The notes beneath the pieces were generated by a model. The model made no database searches, was not told where the DNA came from, and saw only the letters and a list, made by a program, of their open reading frames with translations. A stretch of DNA of 64,000 bases from NCBI GenBank assembly GCA_028355575.1, contig JAOMSY010000001.1:13542-77541 (forward strand), in the 5' to 3' direction. Position 1 is the stretch's first letter; every line of letters begins with the position of its first letter. The stretch is from Francisellaceae bacterium. GTDB lineage: Bacteria > Pseudomonadota > Gammaproteobacteria > Francisellales > Francisellaceae. Shown here piece after piece: positions 53,044 through 62,932 of this stretch. A program made the position numbers and the translations under genes.

Positions 53044-56000
53044 AAAATACAGAAATATTTAATGCATTTGAAACAGAGCTACACCTCGGTGCAAACTTAA
53101 TAGAAGCAAGTGCGGGAACAGGTAAAACGTTTGCGATTGCTATGCTGGTTGTGCGCTTAATTGTCGAAAAGGCAATTAAAATAGATGAAATTATTGTGAC
53201 GACATTCACTAATGCCGCAACAGCAGAATTGAAAGAACGTATTCGTAGTCGAATTCGAGAAGCCTTATTGCTAGCAAAGCAAAAAGAAAATCTTGTATCA
53301 GATAAATTACTAAAAAGCTGGTATCACAACTTATCTCCAGATATCCGTGAACTAGTCTATGAAAGGTTAACGCTTGCCTTATTAGAAATAGACAGTGCGG
53401 CGGTATTTACTATCCACGGCTTTTGTCAAAGAATGTTGGTTGAATTTGCCTTGGAGACAGGGCAGTTATTTAACTTAGAATTAACCGATAATATTAACCA
53501 TTATTTTGATCAAGTTACTGAAGACTTTTGGCGAACAGAAATTTATGGTGCTGATGCGTTCAAAGTTGAAATATTACGCCAAAAATATAAAACGCCCAGT
53601 GCATTATTAAAAAGTGTTAAAAATGGGTATACGGCTTTGAGGGTCTATCCAGATTTTTCAAATATTCCAAAATACGAGATAGATTCAGTAAGAGCAGCAC
53701 ATCAACAAGCAATACAAAGCCTAAATACATTTTCTGAAATACTAGCTCCAGAGAATGAAGAAAAATTTAAGAAAGGTGAATGGGCTAAATATATAGAAGT
53801 CATTCATCAGCCTGAAGCACTACTGAGTCACGCTACTATGTTTACTGAAGCAGGACTGAAAAATACGTTTAATGGGCATAAATTCCGGAAAAATAAAAAC
53901 CAAAGTAGCGATGAGCGTAAAGATGCTTTTATTGCAGAATATGAGATATCGTTCGCACCTTTTGAGCATTTATACGAAACCATTCAGCAAGCGCAACAAG
54001 CTATTTTATTAGGTACCCGCTATCAGTTACTCGAAAAGCTTAAGGAGTCGGTTCCAAAACGGTTGTTAGAGCATCAAATGACAAGCTTTGATGGCTTAAT
54101 TCAAGGTCTTGCCGATGCTGTAAAAAGCGATAACCTTGCTTTAATAAATGGTCTGCAACAAAGATATAAAGTCGCTTTAATTGATGAGTTTCAAGATACA
54201 GATAAAGATCAGTGGGATATATTTGCGGCAGTTTTTTTATCAACCAGTCATTACTTGTATCTAATTGGTGATCCAAAGCAAGCTATCTATAAATTTAGAG
54301 GTGCAGATATTTTTACTTATTTTTCTGTAGCAGAACAAGCTAATCAGAAATACACCCTTGCTTATAATTGGCGCTCACATCCAGGCATTGTTAAAGGGGT
54401 GAATTGTCTCTTTGAGAGCATGGACAAACCTTTTGTTATCGATGACTTTGCATTTGAGTCTGTCTCTGCAGCCAAAACAGATGAAGATGGAGAAATAGTT
54501 GATTTATCTGGTCAGTCAGTTAAGCCGATGCAGCTGGCGATTATAGGTGATGAAAATCCACTTGCGCAGTGTTTAGCTGATAAAATTGTTGCGCTATTAG
54601 ATGGTAAGTACGCTATTCAATCTGAGAAAGAGAAAAGGTCGATAAAAGCGAGTGATATCGCCATTCTTGTTGGTTCTCACAAAAATGCTGAAGCGTATCA
54701 GAAAGCCTTATGGCAGGTAAATGTGCCTGTAACCATCAGTCGAACAGCTTCTGTTTTTCGATCTGTTGATGCAGAACAATTATTAAAAGTTCTATATGCG
54801 GTATGCTACCCCAGTAATCTTATGTATCTTAAAGCCATGCTGAGCACTGATTATTTTGGGCTTAATGCGGTGAGTTACTATGAGCAGTTCTTGCAGTCAG
54901 AAGATGCTTTAGATGGACTTGTTGAACGCTTTTCGATTTATCATCAGTTATGGTTAAACGAAGGCTTTATGCCTATGATCACCACATTGCTAGCTGATGA
55001 AGGTATTAACGAGAATTTATTAAATCAACCTAGATTTGAGCGACGCTTGACTGATGTAACTCATCTCAGTGAATTAATGCAGCAAGCGATTTCAATGGAT
55101 AGACTGGGCATATTCAAGGCACTTGAATGGTTTCAACAGCAAATTGAAAAAGCGGGAGAAAATTTAAATAGTGCGGATGAGCAGAAAATTCGGTTAGATA
55201 GTGAGAAACAAACGGTCACGATTATTACCATGCATGCTTCTAAAGGGTTAGAGTATCCTATTGTGTTTTGTCCTGATCTCGCAAAATCACCATCAACCAG
55301 AGCAACTGATATTATTAAATTTAATGAACAGGGTGTTGGTCAGGTGGTTGATATTGGTTCAGATAACTTCGAGCAGCATCAGCAGCAACTCGCGATAGAA
55401 AATTTATCAGAGAAAATGCGTTTGTTTTATGTGGCGATTACACGTGCGAAATATTTATGTTATTTAGTCTGGCCGCATCAGAAAACAGCTAAGTCTTTAT
55501 CTATTGTAAACCACTCACCATTATCTTTTCTGCTTGGACTAAGCAATGTGAATGATTTTGAAATGGTTACATCACAATTTGAAAAATTTTCTGCAGACTA
55601 CCCAGAGGTATTTAATGTAGATGAGCTGAAAATTAAAAATATAGCGCACAAGTCAGCTGATGATAACCAGCTATCGGAAGCACTATCCCCATGGGTGTCA
55701 ACTAAACCTATTGATCAAACATGGCAGATGACAAGTTATACTGCTTTGTCGAGACTATCTGATGATTCGACGCAACAAGATATTGCTTATATCAAAGCAG
55801 AAGATGAAACCATCGTTGATGATAAAGAATTAGCCTTAGGTTCAGAAGATTTAACTATAATGGAAGAAGATCTGCTACCAAAGGGGGCGGCAACAGGAAA
55901 TCTCATCCATGAAATGCTGGAGAAATTTAGTTTCTATTTATTGGCCCAAGATGTTTATGAGCCTAGGATTGAACAAGAATTAATTCGCTATTGTAAAAAG

Positions 56001-56576
56001 TTTTCATTACTAGAAAACATTATTCCTTTGGTGAAAAAGCTTTTGATCAATAGCTTAAAAACACCTCTTTCTGTATTAAGTAATACCCCTTTATCTAAGC
56101 TAACTGATAACGAAACCTTAAAAGAAATGCCATTTTATTTATCTCTTGCGGCAATGAATACCCAGCAAATAAATAAGATATTGGCAAATGAAAGAACATT
56201 TCAACCTATTGGCTATAAACAGATAGAGGGTTTGATGAATGGTTTTATCGATTTAATTTTTATGAAAGAAGGAAAATACTACATCGCAGATTATAAAAGT
56301 AATTACCTTTCATCTTATGACCAATCTTCATTGATTGAAGCCATGCATCATCATAATTATGGTTTGCAGCTATGGATATACTCTGTAGTTCTGCATCGTT
56401 TTTTACAAAATAGTTTGCCTGATTATGCGTTCGAAAAACATTTTGGCGGCGTATTTTATTTTTTTATTAGAGGTATGCACCTAGACCATAAAGACAGAGG
56501 TGTCTACTATCAGAAACCAGATATAAAAACTCTGACAGCGCTATCTGACTTACTCACTGAAGAGGTGGTTATATGA
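53040..56576 (+). CDS. recB: Exodeoxyribonuclease V beta subunit
   Basis: IEASAGTGKT, TIHGFC, IDEFQDTD, GDPKQAIYKFRGAD, nuclease GFIDL..ADYKSN; ATGA overlap with recC. Confidence 0.96.
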   Translation: MKNTEIFNAFETELHLGANLIEASAGTGKTFAIAMLVVRLIVEKAIKIDEIIVTTFTNAATAELKERIRSRIREALLLAKQKENLVSDKLLKSWYHNLSPDIRELVYERLTLALLEIDSAAVFTIHGFCQRMLVEFALETGQLFNLELTDNINHYFDQVTEDFWRTEIYGADAFKVEILRQKYKTPSALLKSVKNGYTALRVYPDFSNIPKYEIDSVRAAHQQAIQSLNTFSEILAPENEEKFKKGEWAKYIEVIHQPEALLSHATMFTEAGLKNTFNGHKFRKNKNQSSDERKDAFIAEYEISFAPFEHLYETIQQAQQAILLGTRYQLLEKLKESVPKRLLEHQMTSFDGLIQGLADAVKSDNLALINGLQQRYKVALIDEFQDTDKDQWDIFAAVFLSTSHYLYLIGDPKQAIYKFRGADIFTYFSVAEQANQKYTLAYNWRSHPGIVKGVNCLFESMDKPFVIDDFAFESVSAAKTDEDGEIVDLSGQSVKPMQLAIIGDENPLAQCLADKIVALLDGKYAIQSEKEKRSIKASDIAILVGSHKNAEAYQKALWQVNVPVTISRTASVFRSVDAEQLLKVLYAVCYPSNLMYLKAMLSTDYFGLNAVSYYEQFLQSEDALDGLVERFSIYHQLWLNEGFMPMITTLLADEGINENLLNQPRFERRLTDVTHLSELMQQAISMDRLGIFKALEWFQQQIEKAGENLNSADEQKIRLDSEKQTVTIITMHASKGLEYPIVFCPDLAKSPSTRATDIIKFNEQGVGQVVDIGSDNFEQHQQQLAIENLSEKMRLFYVAITRAKYLCYLVWPHQKTAKSLSIVNHSPLSFLLGLSNVNDFEMVTSQFEKFSADYPEVFNVDELKIKNIAHKSADDNQLSEALSPWVSTKPIDQTWQMTSYTALSRLSDDSTQQDIAYIKAEDETIVDDKELALGSEDLTIMEEDLLPKGAATGNLIHEMLEKFSFYLLAQDVYEPRIEQELIRYCKKFSLLENIIPLVKKLLINSLKTPLSVLSNTPLSKLTDNETLKEMPFYLSLAAMNTQQINKILANERTFQPIGYKQIEGLMNGFIDLIFMKEGKYYIADYKSNYLSSYDQSSLIEAMHHHNYGLQLWIYSVVLHRFLQNSLPDYAFEKHFGGVFYFFIRGMHLDHKDRGVYYQKPDIKTLTALSDLLTEEVVI

Positions 56577-58240
56577 ATAGCCAGATAGAAAAGCGATCAT
56601 TTATACAAATTGATGACGCTTTGTCAGATTATTTTGGTCAATATTCTGGCTTATCGGGTGAGCAGTTAACTTTATTGAAAGGTGTTATTTTATCACTCTC
56701 AGAAAAAATGAGATCGGGGCATACTTGTTTGCCGATTGATCCAAAAGCTTGTGCATTATTTTTGAATGCAAATTTAGCTTCGGATGGCACTAATATAAAA
56801 CCATTTGTGATTGAGAATAATCATTTATATTTTTATCGTTACTGGAAATACGAAACCATAATTGCTGAGAAAACCTTTGATCTATCCTGTAAACTTGATA
56901 CTTTCGAGTCTCAGGAAATAGTCATTGATAATCTATTTCCTCAAGATGACTTAGATACCAGCATTGAAGGCATTGATTGGCAAAAAAATGCAGTAGAAAA
57001 ATCTATTCATAAAGGATTTAGTATTATTACGGGTGGGCCGGGGACAGGTAAAACCACAACAGTCATCAAGCTATTAAGTGCTTTAATTTCTTTAAGTGAT
57101 CAAAAACTTAATATTGCATTAGCTGCGCCAACGGGTAAGGCAGCTGCACGTTTGCAAGAGTCAATTATAAAGGGTAAATCTTGGTTGAAAGTAACCTTAG
57201 GCGCTACGGCTGAAAACATTCCTGATCAAGTACATACAATCCATAAATTACTTGGCAGTATCTATTTAAGCCCTTATTTTAAATATAACCAAAGTCGACA
57301 GCTACCTTATGATGTCGTGGTCATTGATGAGGCTTCTATGATTGACGTGCCGTTAATGGCTAAATTATTACAGGCATTAAAAGATAACACGCGATTAATT
57401 CTATTAGGTGATGTTCATCAGTTAGCCTCTGTTGAAGTAGGGTCTGTGCTCGCTGATTTATCGAATGCTTTACCTAATCAAACCTTTTATCTTAAAAAAA
57501 CCTATCGTTTTTCAGGTGCTATTAAATTATTAGCGGATGCAGTGAATATCCAAGATGTTCCATTGGCTATGAAGGTACTAAAAAGTGGTGATGAAAGTGT
57601 TTCGTTAATTCCGCATAGTCAGTCATCACTTAAATATTTGTTAAATCAAGCCATAGAATATATACAAGCCATTCCTGAGGATGGTTTGAATTTAGAAATT
57701 GTCTTCAAATATTTTGGTCGTTTCCAAGTATTATGCTCAAACCATTTTGGTACATTCGGTTTGGATGGAATTAATAATCATATTGAGAAAGGGTTAGAGC
57801 GTCGTGACTTAATTAAAAAATCAGGTAGTTGGTATATTGGTAAACCAATTATGATTAGTGAAAATGTTGGTCATTCCTCTATGCATTTAAATAATGGGGA
57901 TATTGGCATTTGCCTGCCAGATGATGAAGGTAAGCTCTATGTTTATTTTGAATCAGCAGATGGCAAATTTAAACGATACCTGCCTTCTAAGTTACCTAAA
58001 TATCAAATTGCTTATGCCATCAGTATTCACAAAAGCCAAGGTTCAGAATTTGACGATGTTATTATCTCTCTACCTGAGACTATGAACCCAGTGTTAACCA
58101 AAGAGCTCCTTTATACAGGCATTACTAGAGCAAAAAAATCAGTCACCATTGTTGCAAATGAACAAGTCTTAGCGCTAATGATGTCTCAAAAAGTATCTCG
58201 CAATGGTGGTTTAACCAGCAAAATCCAAAATTACAGCTAA
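56573..58240 (+). CDS. recD: Exodeoxyribonuclease V alpha subunit
   Basis: GGPGTGKTT, APTGKAAARL, DEASM, IHKSQGSEF, YTGITRAK. Confidence 0.96.
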   Translation: MNSQIEKRSFIQIDDALSDYFGQYSGLSGEQLTLLKGVILSLSEKMRSGHTCLPIDPKACALFLNANLASDGTNIKPFVIENNHLYFYRYWKYETIIAEKTFDLSCKLDTFESQEIVIDNLFPQDDLDTSIEGIDWQKNAVEKSIHKGFSIITGGPGTGKTTTVIKLLSALISLSDQKLNIALAAPTGKAAARLQESIIKGKSWLKVTLGATAENIPDQVHTIHKLLGSIYLSPYFKYNQSRQLPYDVVVIDEASMIDVPLMAKLLQALKDNTRLILLGDVHQLASVEVGSVLADLSNALPNQTFYLKKTYRFSGAIKLLADAVNIQDVPLAMKVLKSGDESVSLIPHSQSSLKYLLNQAIEYIQAIPEDGLNLEIVFKYFGRFQVLCSNHFGTFGLDGINNHIEKGLERRDLIKKSGSWYIGKPIMISENVGHSSMHLNNGDIGICLPDDEGKLYVYFESADGKFKRYLPSKLPKYQIAYAISIHKSQGSEFDDVIISLPETMNPVLTKELLYTGITRAKKSVTIVANEQVLALMMSQKVSRNGGLTSKIQNYS

Positions 58241-58277
58241 AATAAAAGATATCTGTTTTGAATAATATGGTGTTTAT

Positions 58278-59126
58278 ATGATCACGGAATTAGATGCTTC
58301 TTGGCAATCATGGGTAAAAGAGAATATTGATCGAGGTTGTCATAAAGAAGAATTGTTTAAGATCATGCTCGACCATCAGTTTGATCCTAAAACCATTCAA
58401 TCTGCTTTAAATATAAAAGAGATTAGCCCTTATCTGAGAGGTCTGATTGATAATGATGACATAAAGCATCAATCTCAGTTATTTAATCTTCCAGAGGCAG
58501 TATTCCAAAATGCCATCAGCGTTGGCGGCAAAAATGCAAGAGCCTATATCCAACCAGTTTTTTTATCGCAAGAGGAATGCGATCAAGTTATTGAAAGAAT
58601 TAAAAAGCACCTACGACCATCTTTAATTACCAGTTCGAATGAGCCTGATAAATATTTCCGTACCAGTAAAACTTGTGATTTAGGCATACATACTGATGAT
58701 TTCATTAAATATATTGATCAAAAAATTGCGGATTACTTGGGTATTGATCCAGCATATTCAGAAGTCATACAAGGCCAATATTACCAAATTGGAAATGAAT
58801 TTAAGCTGCATACCGACTATTTCCAACCAAATTCAGATGAATATAATCAGTTTGCTGCAAGACAAGGTCAGCGTACTTGGACATTTATGATTTATTTAAA
58901 TGATGTCGAAGAGGGTGGGCATACTGATTTCCCCAAGCTTGACTTATCTGTTAGACCTAAAACAGGCTCAGCGGTAATTTGGAATAGCCTTGATGAGAAT
59001 GGTAAGGTCAATTCAAATACGCTACATTGGGCAAAGCCTATTCTCAAAGGTGAAAAGTATGTGATTACTAAGTGGTTTCGGGAAAACGCAGACCAAACAG
59101 GAAAACGTACACCCAATAATGTATAA
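58278..59126 (+). CDS. 2OG-Fe(II) dioxygenase, prolyl 4-hydroxylase-like
   Basis: RTS, HTD, QRTWTFMIYLNDVEEGG, TLHWAKPILKGEKYVITKWFR. Confidence 0.88.
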   Translation: MITELDASWQSWVKENIDRGCHKEELFKIMLDHQFDPKTIQSALNIKEISPYLRGLIDNDDIKHQSQLFNLPEAVFQNAISVGGKNARAYIQPVFLSQEECDQVIERIKKHLRPSLITSSNEPDKYFRTSKTCDLGIHTDDFIKYIDQKIADYLGIDPAYSEVIQGQYYQIGNEFKLHTDYFQPNSDEYNQFAARQGQRTWTFMIYLNDVEEGGHTDFPKLDLSVRPKTGSAVIWNSLDENGKVNSNTLHWAKPILKGEKYVITKWFRENADQTGKRTPNNV

Positions 59127-59147
59127 ATCGCCTTTTCACAAGTTGCC

Positions 59148-59386
59148 TTGGAACGGGTTATTATATTGGATAATGCCAGTTTTCATAAGTCAAAAAAATT
59201 GAAGGAACTTACTGAAGCAGCTAAATGTAAGCTACTATATTTACCACCTTATAGCCCAGATTTAAATCCAATTGAGAAGTTTTGGGGAAATTTGAAAGCA
59301 AAGATACGAAAAGTGATTAGCAAGGCAAAGGATATACACGATTCAATTACCATTGCGTTGAAACAAAATATTTCGGGTTAGCTATA
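59148..59386 (+). mobile_element. IS630-family transposase 3' remnant with a probable right end
   Basis: ILDNASFHK, LYLPPYSPDLNPIEKFW (DDE_3 C-terminus); followed by ...GCTATA; N-terminal part missing. Confidence 0.85.
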
Positions 59387-59415
59387 TATCCAGTAAAATT
59401 GTGACAGAACCAAAA

Positions 59416-59832
59416 TTATTCCACCGTTAAATTAGTTAATTTTGTTCCATCCCAATGGATATCTACGTTATCAGGGTCTCCTGTCACTAAATCTATTTGA
59501 TTGCTTGGGAGCGTATATAAATCCCAAGCATCTGGTCCCCTTCTTACCACATAACCAATGTCTTGACCATTTACATAAATTTCAAACTGCCCAGTTATTA
59601 AGGTTTGGTCGATATCTTGCACAACCAAATCAACTTGCCTTGGATCATTATGCGGGTCTATGTTAACGCCTTTGACAAATGGATTATCAATTACTGCTGG
59701 AAAATTATCATCGACTATCTGAACAGTTACTGCCTTATTAGAGTCATTTGCAAAATGAATCCCATCATATGAATATGACATAGTAGCTGTTAGGAAAAGT
59801 GGACTTAAAATTATTAGCTTAAATATTTTCAT
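59416..59832 (-). CDS. Hypothetical secreted acidic beta-rich protein
   Basis: MKIFK signal-like N-terminus; 138-aa ORF; its Shine-Dalgarno can be reconstructed across the IS3 insertion. Confidence 0.7.
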   Translation of the reverse strand: MKIFKLIILSPLFLTATMSYSYDGIHFANDSNKAVTVQIVDDNFPAVIDNPFVKGVNIDPHNDPRQVDLVVQDIDQTLITGQFEIYVNGQDIGYVVRRGPDAWDLYTLPSNQIDLVTGDPDNVDIHWDGTKLTNLTVE

Positions 59833-59869
59833 TAGTGATTGAGGTGGGGGAATTTCTTAGGACAGCTAT

Positions 59870-60748
59870 CTAGACAATTATAGATGTCGATTTATTAAAC
59901 ATATTATCTAACTTTACTTTTCCATAATAGATTTCAGACGGTGTATTGTAGTCCAATCTTTCATGTAGTCTGTCAGTGTTGTAATACTCAAAGTAACTTA
60001 CTAAAGCTTGCTTCACTTCAGCAACTGAATCAAATTCCCTCAGGAATATACATTCATACTTTACACTTCTCCAAAGACGCTCAATAAATATATTATCAAA
60101 ACACCTTCCTTTCCCGTCCATGCTAATTAAAACATCATTATCTAGCAAGGTATTTATCCAAGCTTTTGAAGTGAACTGCGCGCCTTGATCTGTATTAAAA
60201 AGCCCGCATTTCTTGATTTCTAGCGACCTTCTTAGTGTTTCAACACAAAATTCAGCCTCCAGAGTTATGCTTAACTCCCAGTCAATCACATACCGGCTAT
60301 ACCAATCCATAATTGCCATTAGGTAAATATGCCCGTGCTTCATGCGGATATATGTGATGTCAGTGCACCATACTTGGTTGGGGTAATAAACGCAAACATC
60401 GTTAAGAAGATATGGATAGACACTATGCTCTTGTCTGCTTTTTGCGCTTGTATTTGGCTTTGGGTAAATGGCTTGCAACCCCATCTTGTCCATAAGGTAT
60501 CTAACTTGGTCACGAGTAACGTCATGACCCTGCCGTTCCAACCATTTCATTATACGTCTTGAACCTTCGCAAGGGTATGCTGTATAACGCTCATCAATGA
60601 GACGCATCATTAGCTCAGTAGCTTCACTTATGCTGCGATACTTATAATAATAGGTTGATCTATGTAGCCCTAAAATCTCACATTGTCTGGCTACTGAAAT
60701 CTCAGTATTTGTAGGATCTACTAACAATTTCTTATCCCTACAACTCAA
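59870..60748 (-). CDS. IS3 transposase OrfB (rve integrase core)
   Basis: SVARQCEILG, WCTDITYI, NTDQGAQFTS, DNIFIERLWRSVKYE. Confidence 0.93.
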   Translation of the reverse strand: MSCRDKKLLVDPTNTEISVARQCEILGLHRSTYYYKYRSISEATELMMRLIDERYTAYPCEGSRRIMKWLERQGHDVTRDQVRYLMDKMGLQAIYPKPNTSAKSRQEHSVYPYLLNDVCVYYPNQVWCTDITYIRMKHGHIYLMAIMDWYSRYVIDWELSITLEAEFCVETLRRSLEIKKCGLFNTDQGAQFTSKAWINTLLDNDVLISMDGKGRCFDNIFIERLWRSVKYECIFLREFDSVAEVKQALVSYFEYYNTDRLHERLDYNTPSEIYYGKVKLDNMFNKSTSIIV

Positions 60749-61031
60749 AGTTAGATTTTTTTTTCAACCAGTCAAGCTCCACTTTAAGCCTGCCGATTTC
60801 TTCATATAATTTCGACTGTTCCTTAATCTCAGAAAGATCTTTTTTGTCTGGTGTTAATTTAACAGCAAAAATTTGTTTAATCGCCTCAACTGCCTGTTTT
60901 TTCCAATTTGTTATTTGAGTTGAGTGGATCTCATATTTACTGCTGATCTGAGCTTGCGTCAACTCACCCTTAATTGCAGCGATTGCAACTTCAGTTTTAA
61001 AGATTGCGCTATGATTTTTTTTCTTATGCAT
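60738..61031 (-). CDS. IS3 transposase OrfA (HTH)
   Basis: FKTEVAIAAIKG...IHSTQITNWKKQ, LYEEIGRLKVELDWLKKK. Confidence 0.92.
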   Translation of the reverse strand: MHKKKNHSAIFKTEVAIAAIKGELTQAQISSKYEIHSTQITNWKKQAVEAIKQIFAVKLTPDKKDLSEIKEQSKLYEEIGRLKVELDWLKKKSNFEL

Positions 61032-61397
61032 TTATGCCTCCATTTTACTGTGAGACATCTATTTTACCCTCTTAGGCACCTGTCCGAAAAAACCCAACCA
61101 TTATAGATTGCCCCTATAAATTATTATCCATGCATAAATTGAATTGAAAAATCAGCCTTAGCTGGATTATTAATGATTAAGTGTTACTGAACTTGCTATA
61201 GTATTTTATATCTTTGTACAAATTGCATCCATTATGATTTTTGTGAGAAAAATTAAAAAAAAATAAAGAAATTATGCTATTTGTGTCTTGAAGTGTGACT
61301 GTTTTAAAAAAACAATTTCTACTATCAAATTTATAGATTGTAATCTTAAATTAGTTAAGGTAAGGAATTTATAATTTAGCCAAATGAGTAATGACAC

Positions 61398-62924
61398 ATG
61401 AAGAAAAATTATTATAAGTCACAAAAAGTATTCAAAAGCTTAGCCATCATTTTAATTGTCAGCTTTTGTATGTCAATTTTCATGTATTTCACTCTACCTT
61501 TTATTGGGCCAACAGCACACATAGTTATATTATTCCTAACAATGCTTCTTGTATCATACTTTACAAACTTTATAGCTTCGCTTTTATTCTCAGTTGTGGT
61601 TTTTATATTGTATATTTACCTATGCATGAAGCCAATCTACAGCCTTAAAATTGATGGCTTTACACTTGACATGGATGGCATTACACACATATTCTCATTT
61701 TTCATATTTATAGTATGTACTCTTATTATGAATCTGCTCGCTAGAAAATCGAGCAATTTAATTGATGATCTCAGAAAGCGAGAAAGTTATTTACTACTAC
61801 TGAACAACTTTTACTTTAATTTAAATAAAAGAAGTACCATAAATATTATTAATGATCTTGTTAGCTCATTAAACAACTACTTTAACTACGACTTTATATA
61901 TGCAGAAGTCTCCAATGGTGACATTAGCCGATATTATCCTACAAAAAATTCGCTGAGTAAGCCTGACCTAAAAGCGTTAGAATGGTGTCTCAAAAATAAA
62001 ACCCCCTGTGGACCGAGTACAAATGAATTTAGTTTACTAGAGTGGTATTTCGAGCCATTTATTATTCGCGACCAAGTATATGCAATTATTGCAATTAATA
62101 TACCCAGCAAAAGCTGTCTAAATAAACTTGAAAATGATAAGCCTTTATTTAGACCTATTTTTAACCAAGCTATCAGTATCTTATTAAAAAAGAAGCTTGA
62201 ACAAGAAGAAAAACATACTGCAATTTTAAGAGAACAGGAAAAACTACAAAGGGCGTTGTTATCCTCTGTTTCACATGACCTTAAAACACCATTAGCTTCC
62301 ATAATTGGTTCTATAAGCAGTATTATTAGCTATAACGATAAATTTTCAACGAGTGACCAATTAGAAATCCTTCAAATTGCACTGGATGAATCTAATCGTT
62401 TGAGAGGCTATATCGATAATGTTGTACAAATGTTAAAGGTAGAATCTGGCGCATTAAAAGTTAATATACAAACTATAGATACCTTTGATTTCATAAACGG
62501 TGTATATGAGATATCTAAAGAACGATTTATTGACGCAAAAATCGAATTAGACATCCAGTTTGATAAAGGCCACGTTTCTCATTTTGATGAAAATTTAATT
62601 GAGCAAGTATTGTTTAATGTTATAGAAAATGCTGTTAAATTTTCCAAAGACATTAAGGAAGTTAAGCTTAAAGCTGCCTTTAAAAATAGTAATTTACGTT
62701 TTGAGATCATTGACAGTGGTATAGGCATTGATCCAAAAGATATAAACGATATTTTTAATATCTTTTATCGCATAGAGAAAAGTGACCATTACACCAAAGG
62801 TTCAGGATTTGGGCTTTCAGTCTGCAAAGGTATTATAGAATTGCATCGTGGGAAAATATATGCGAAAAGTTCAGGTATGAATCTAGGCACAAGCATGGTG
62901 ATTGAACTTCCACAGCCATTCTAA
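61398..62924 (+). CDS. KdpD-like sensor kinase lacking the N-terminal cytoplasmic KdpD/Usp region
   Basis: Four N-terminal TMs, GAF-like segment, ALLSSVSHDLKTPLASIIG H-box, NVIENAVKF, DSGIGI, GSGFGLS. Confidence 0.82.
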   Translation: MKKNYYKSQKVFKSLAIILIVSFCMSIFMYFTLPFIGPTAHIVILFLTMLLVSYFTNFIASLLFSVVVFILYIYLCMKPIYSLKIDGFTLDMDGITHIFSFFIFIVCTLIMNLLARKSSNLIDDLRKRESYLLLLNNFYFNLNKRSTINIINDLVSSLNNYFNYDFIYAEVSNGDISRYYPTKNSLSKPDLKALEWCLKNKTPCGPSTNEFSLLEWYFEPFIIRDQVYAIIAINIPSKSCLNKLENDKPLFRPIFNQAISILLKKKLEQEEKHTAILREQEKLQRALLSSVSHDLKTPLASIIGSISSIISYNDKFSTSDQLEILQIALDESNRLRGYIDNVVQMLKVESGALKVNIQTIDTFDFINGVYEISKERFIDAKIELDIQFDKGHVSHFDENLIEQVLFNVIENAVKFSKDIKEVKLKAAFKNSNLRFEIIDSGIGIDPKDINDIFNIFYRIEKSDHYTKGSGFGLSVCKGIIELHRGKIYAKSSGMNLGTSMVIELPQPF

Positions 62925-62932
62925 ACAACTTA

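Larger units (their letters stand above)
59840..61105 (-). mobile_element. Complete IS3-family element (1266 bp) with imperfect 26-bp terminal inverted repeats and a 3-bp GAT target duplication
   Basis: Ends TGAGGTGGGGGAATTTCTTAGGACAG (59840-59865) and, on the minus strand, TATAATGGTTGGGTTTTTTCGGACAG (61105-61080); GAT at 59837-59839 and 61106-61108. Confidence 0.9.
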
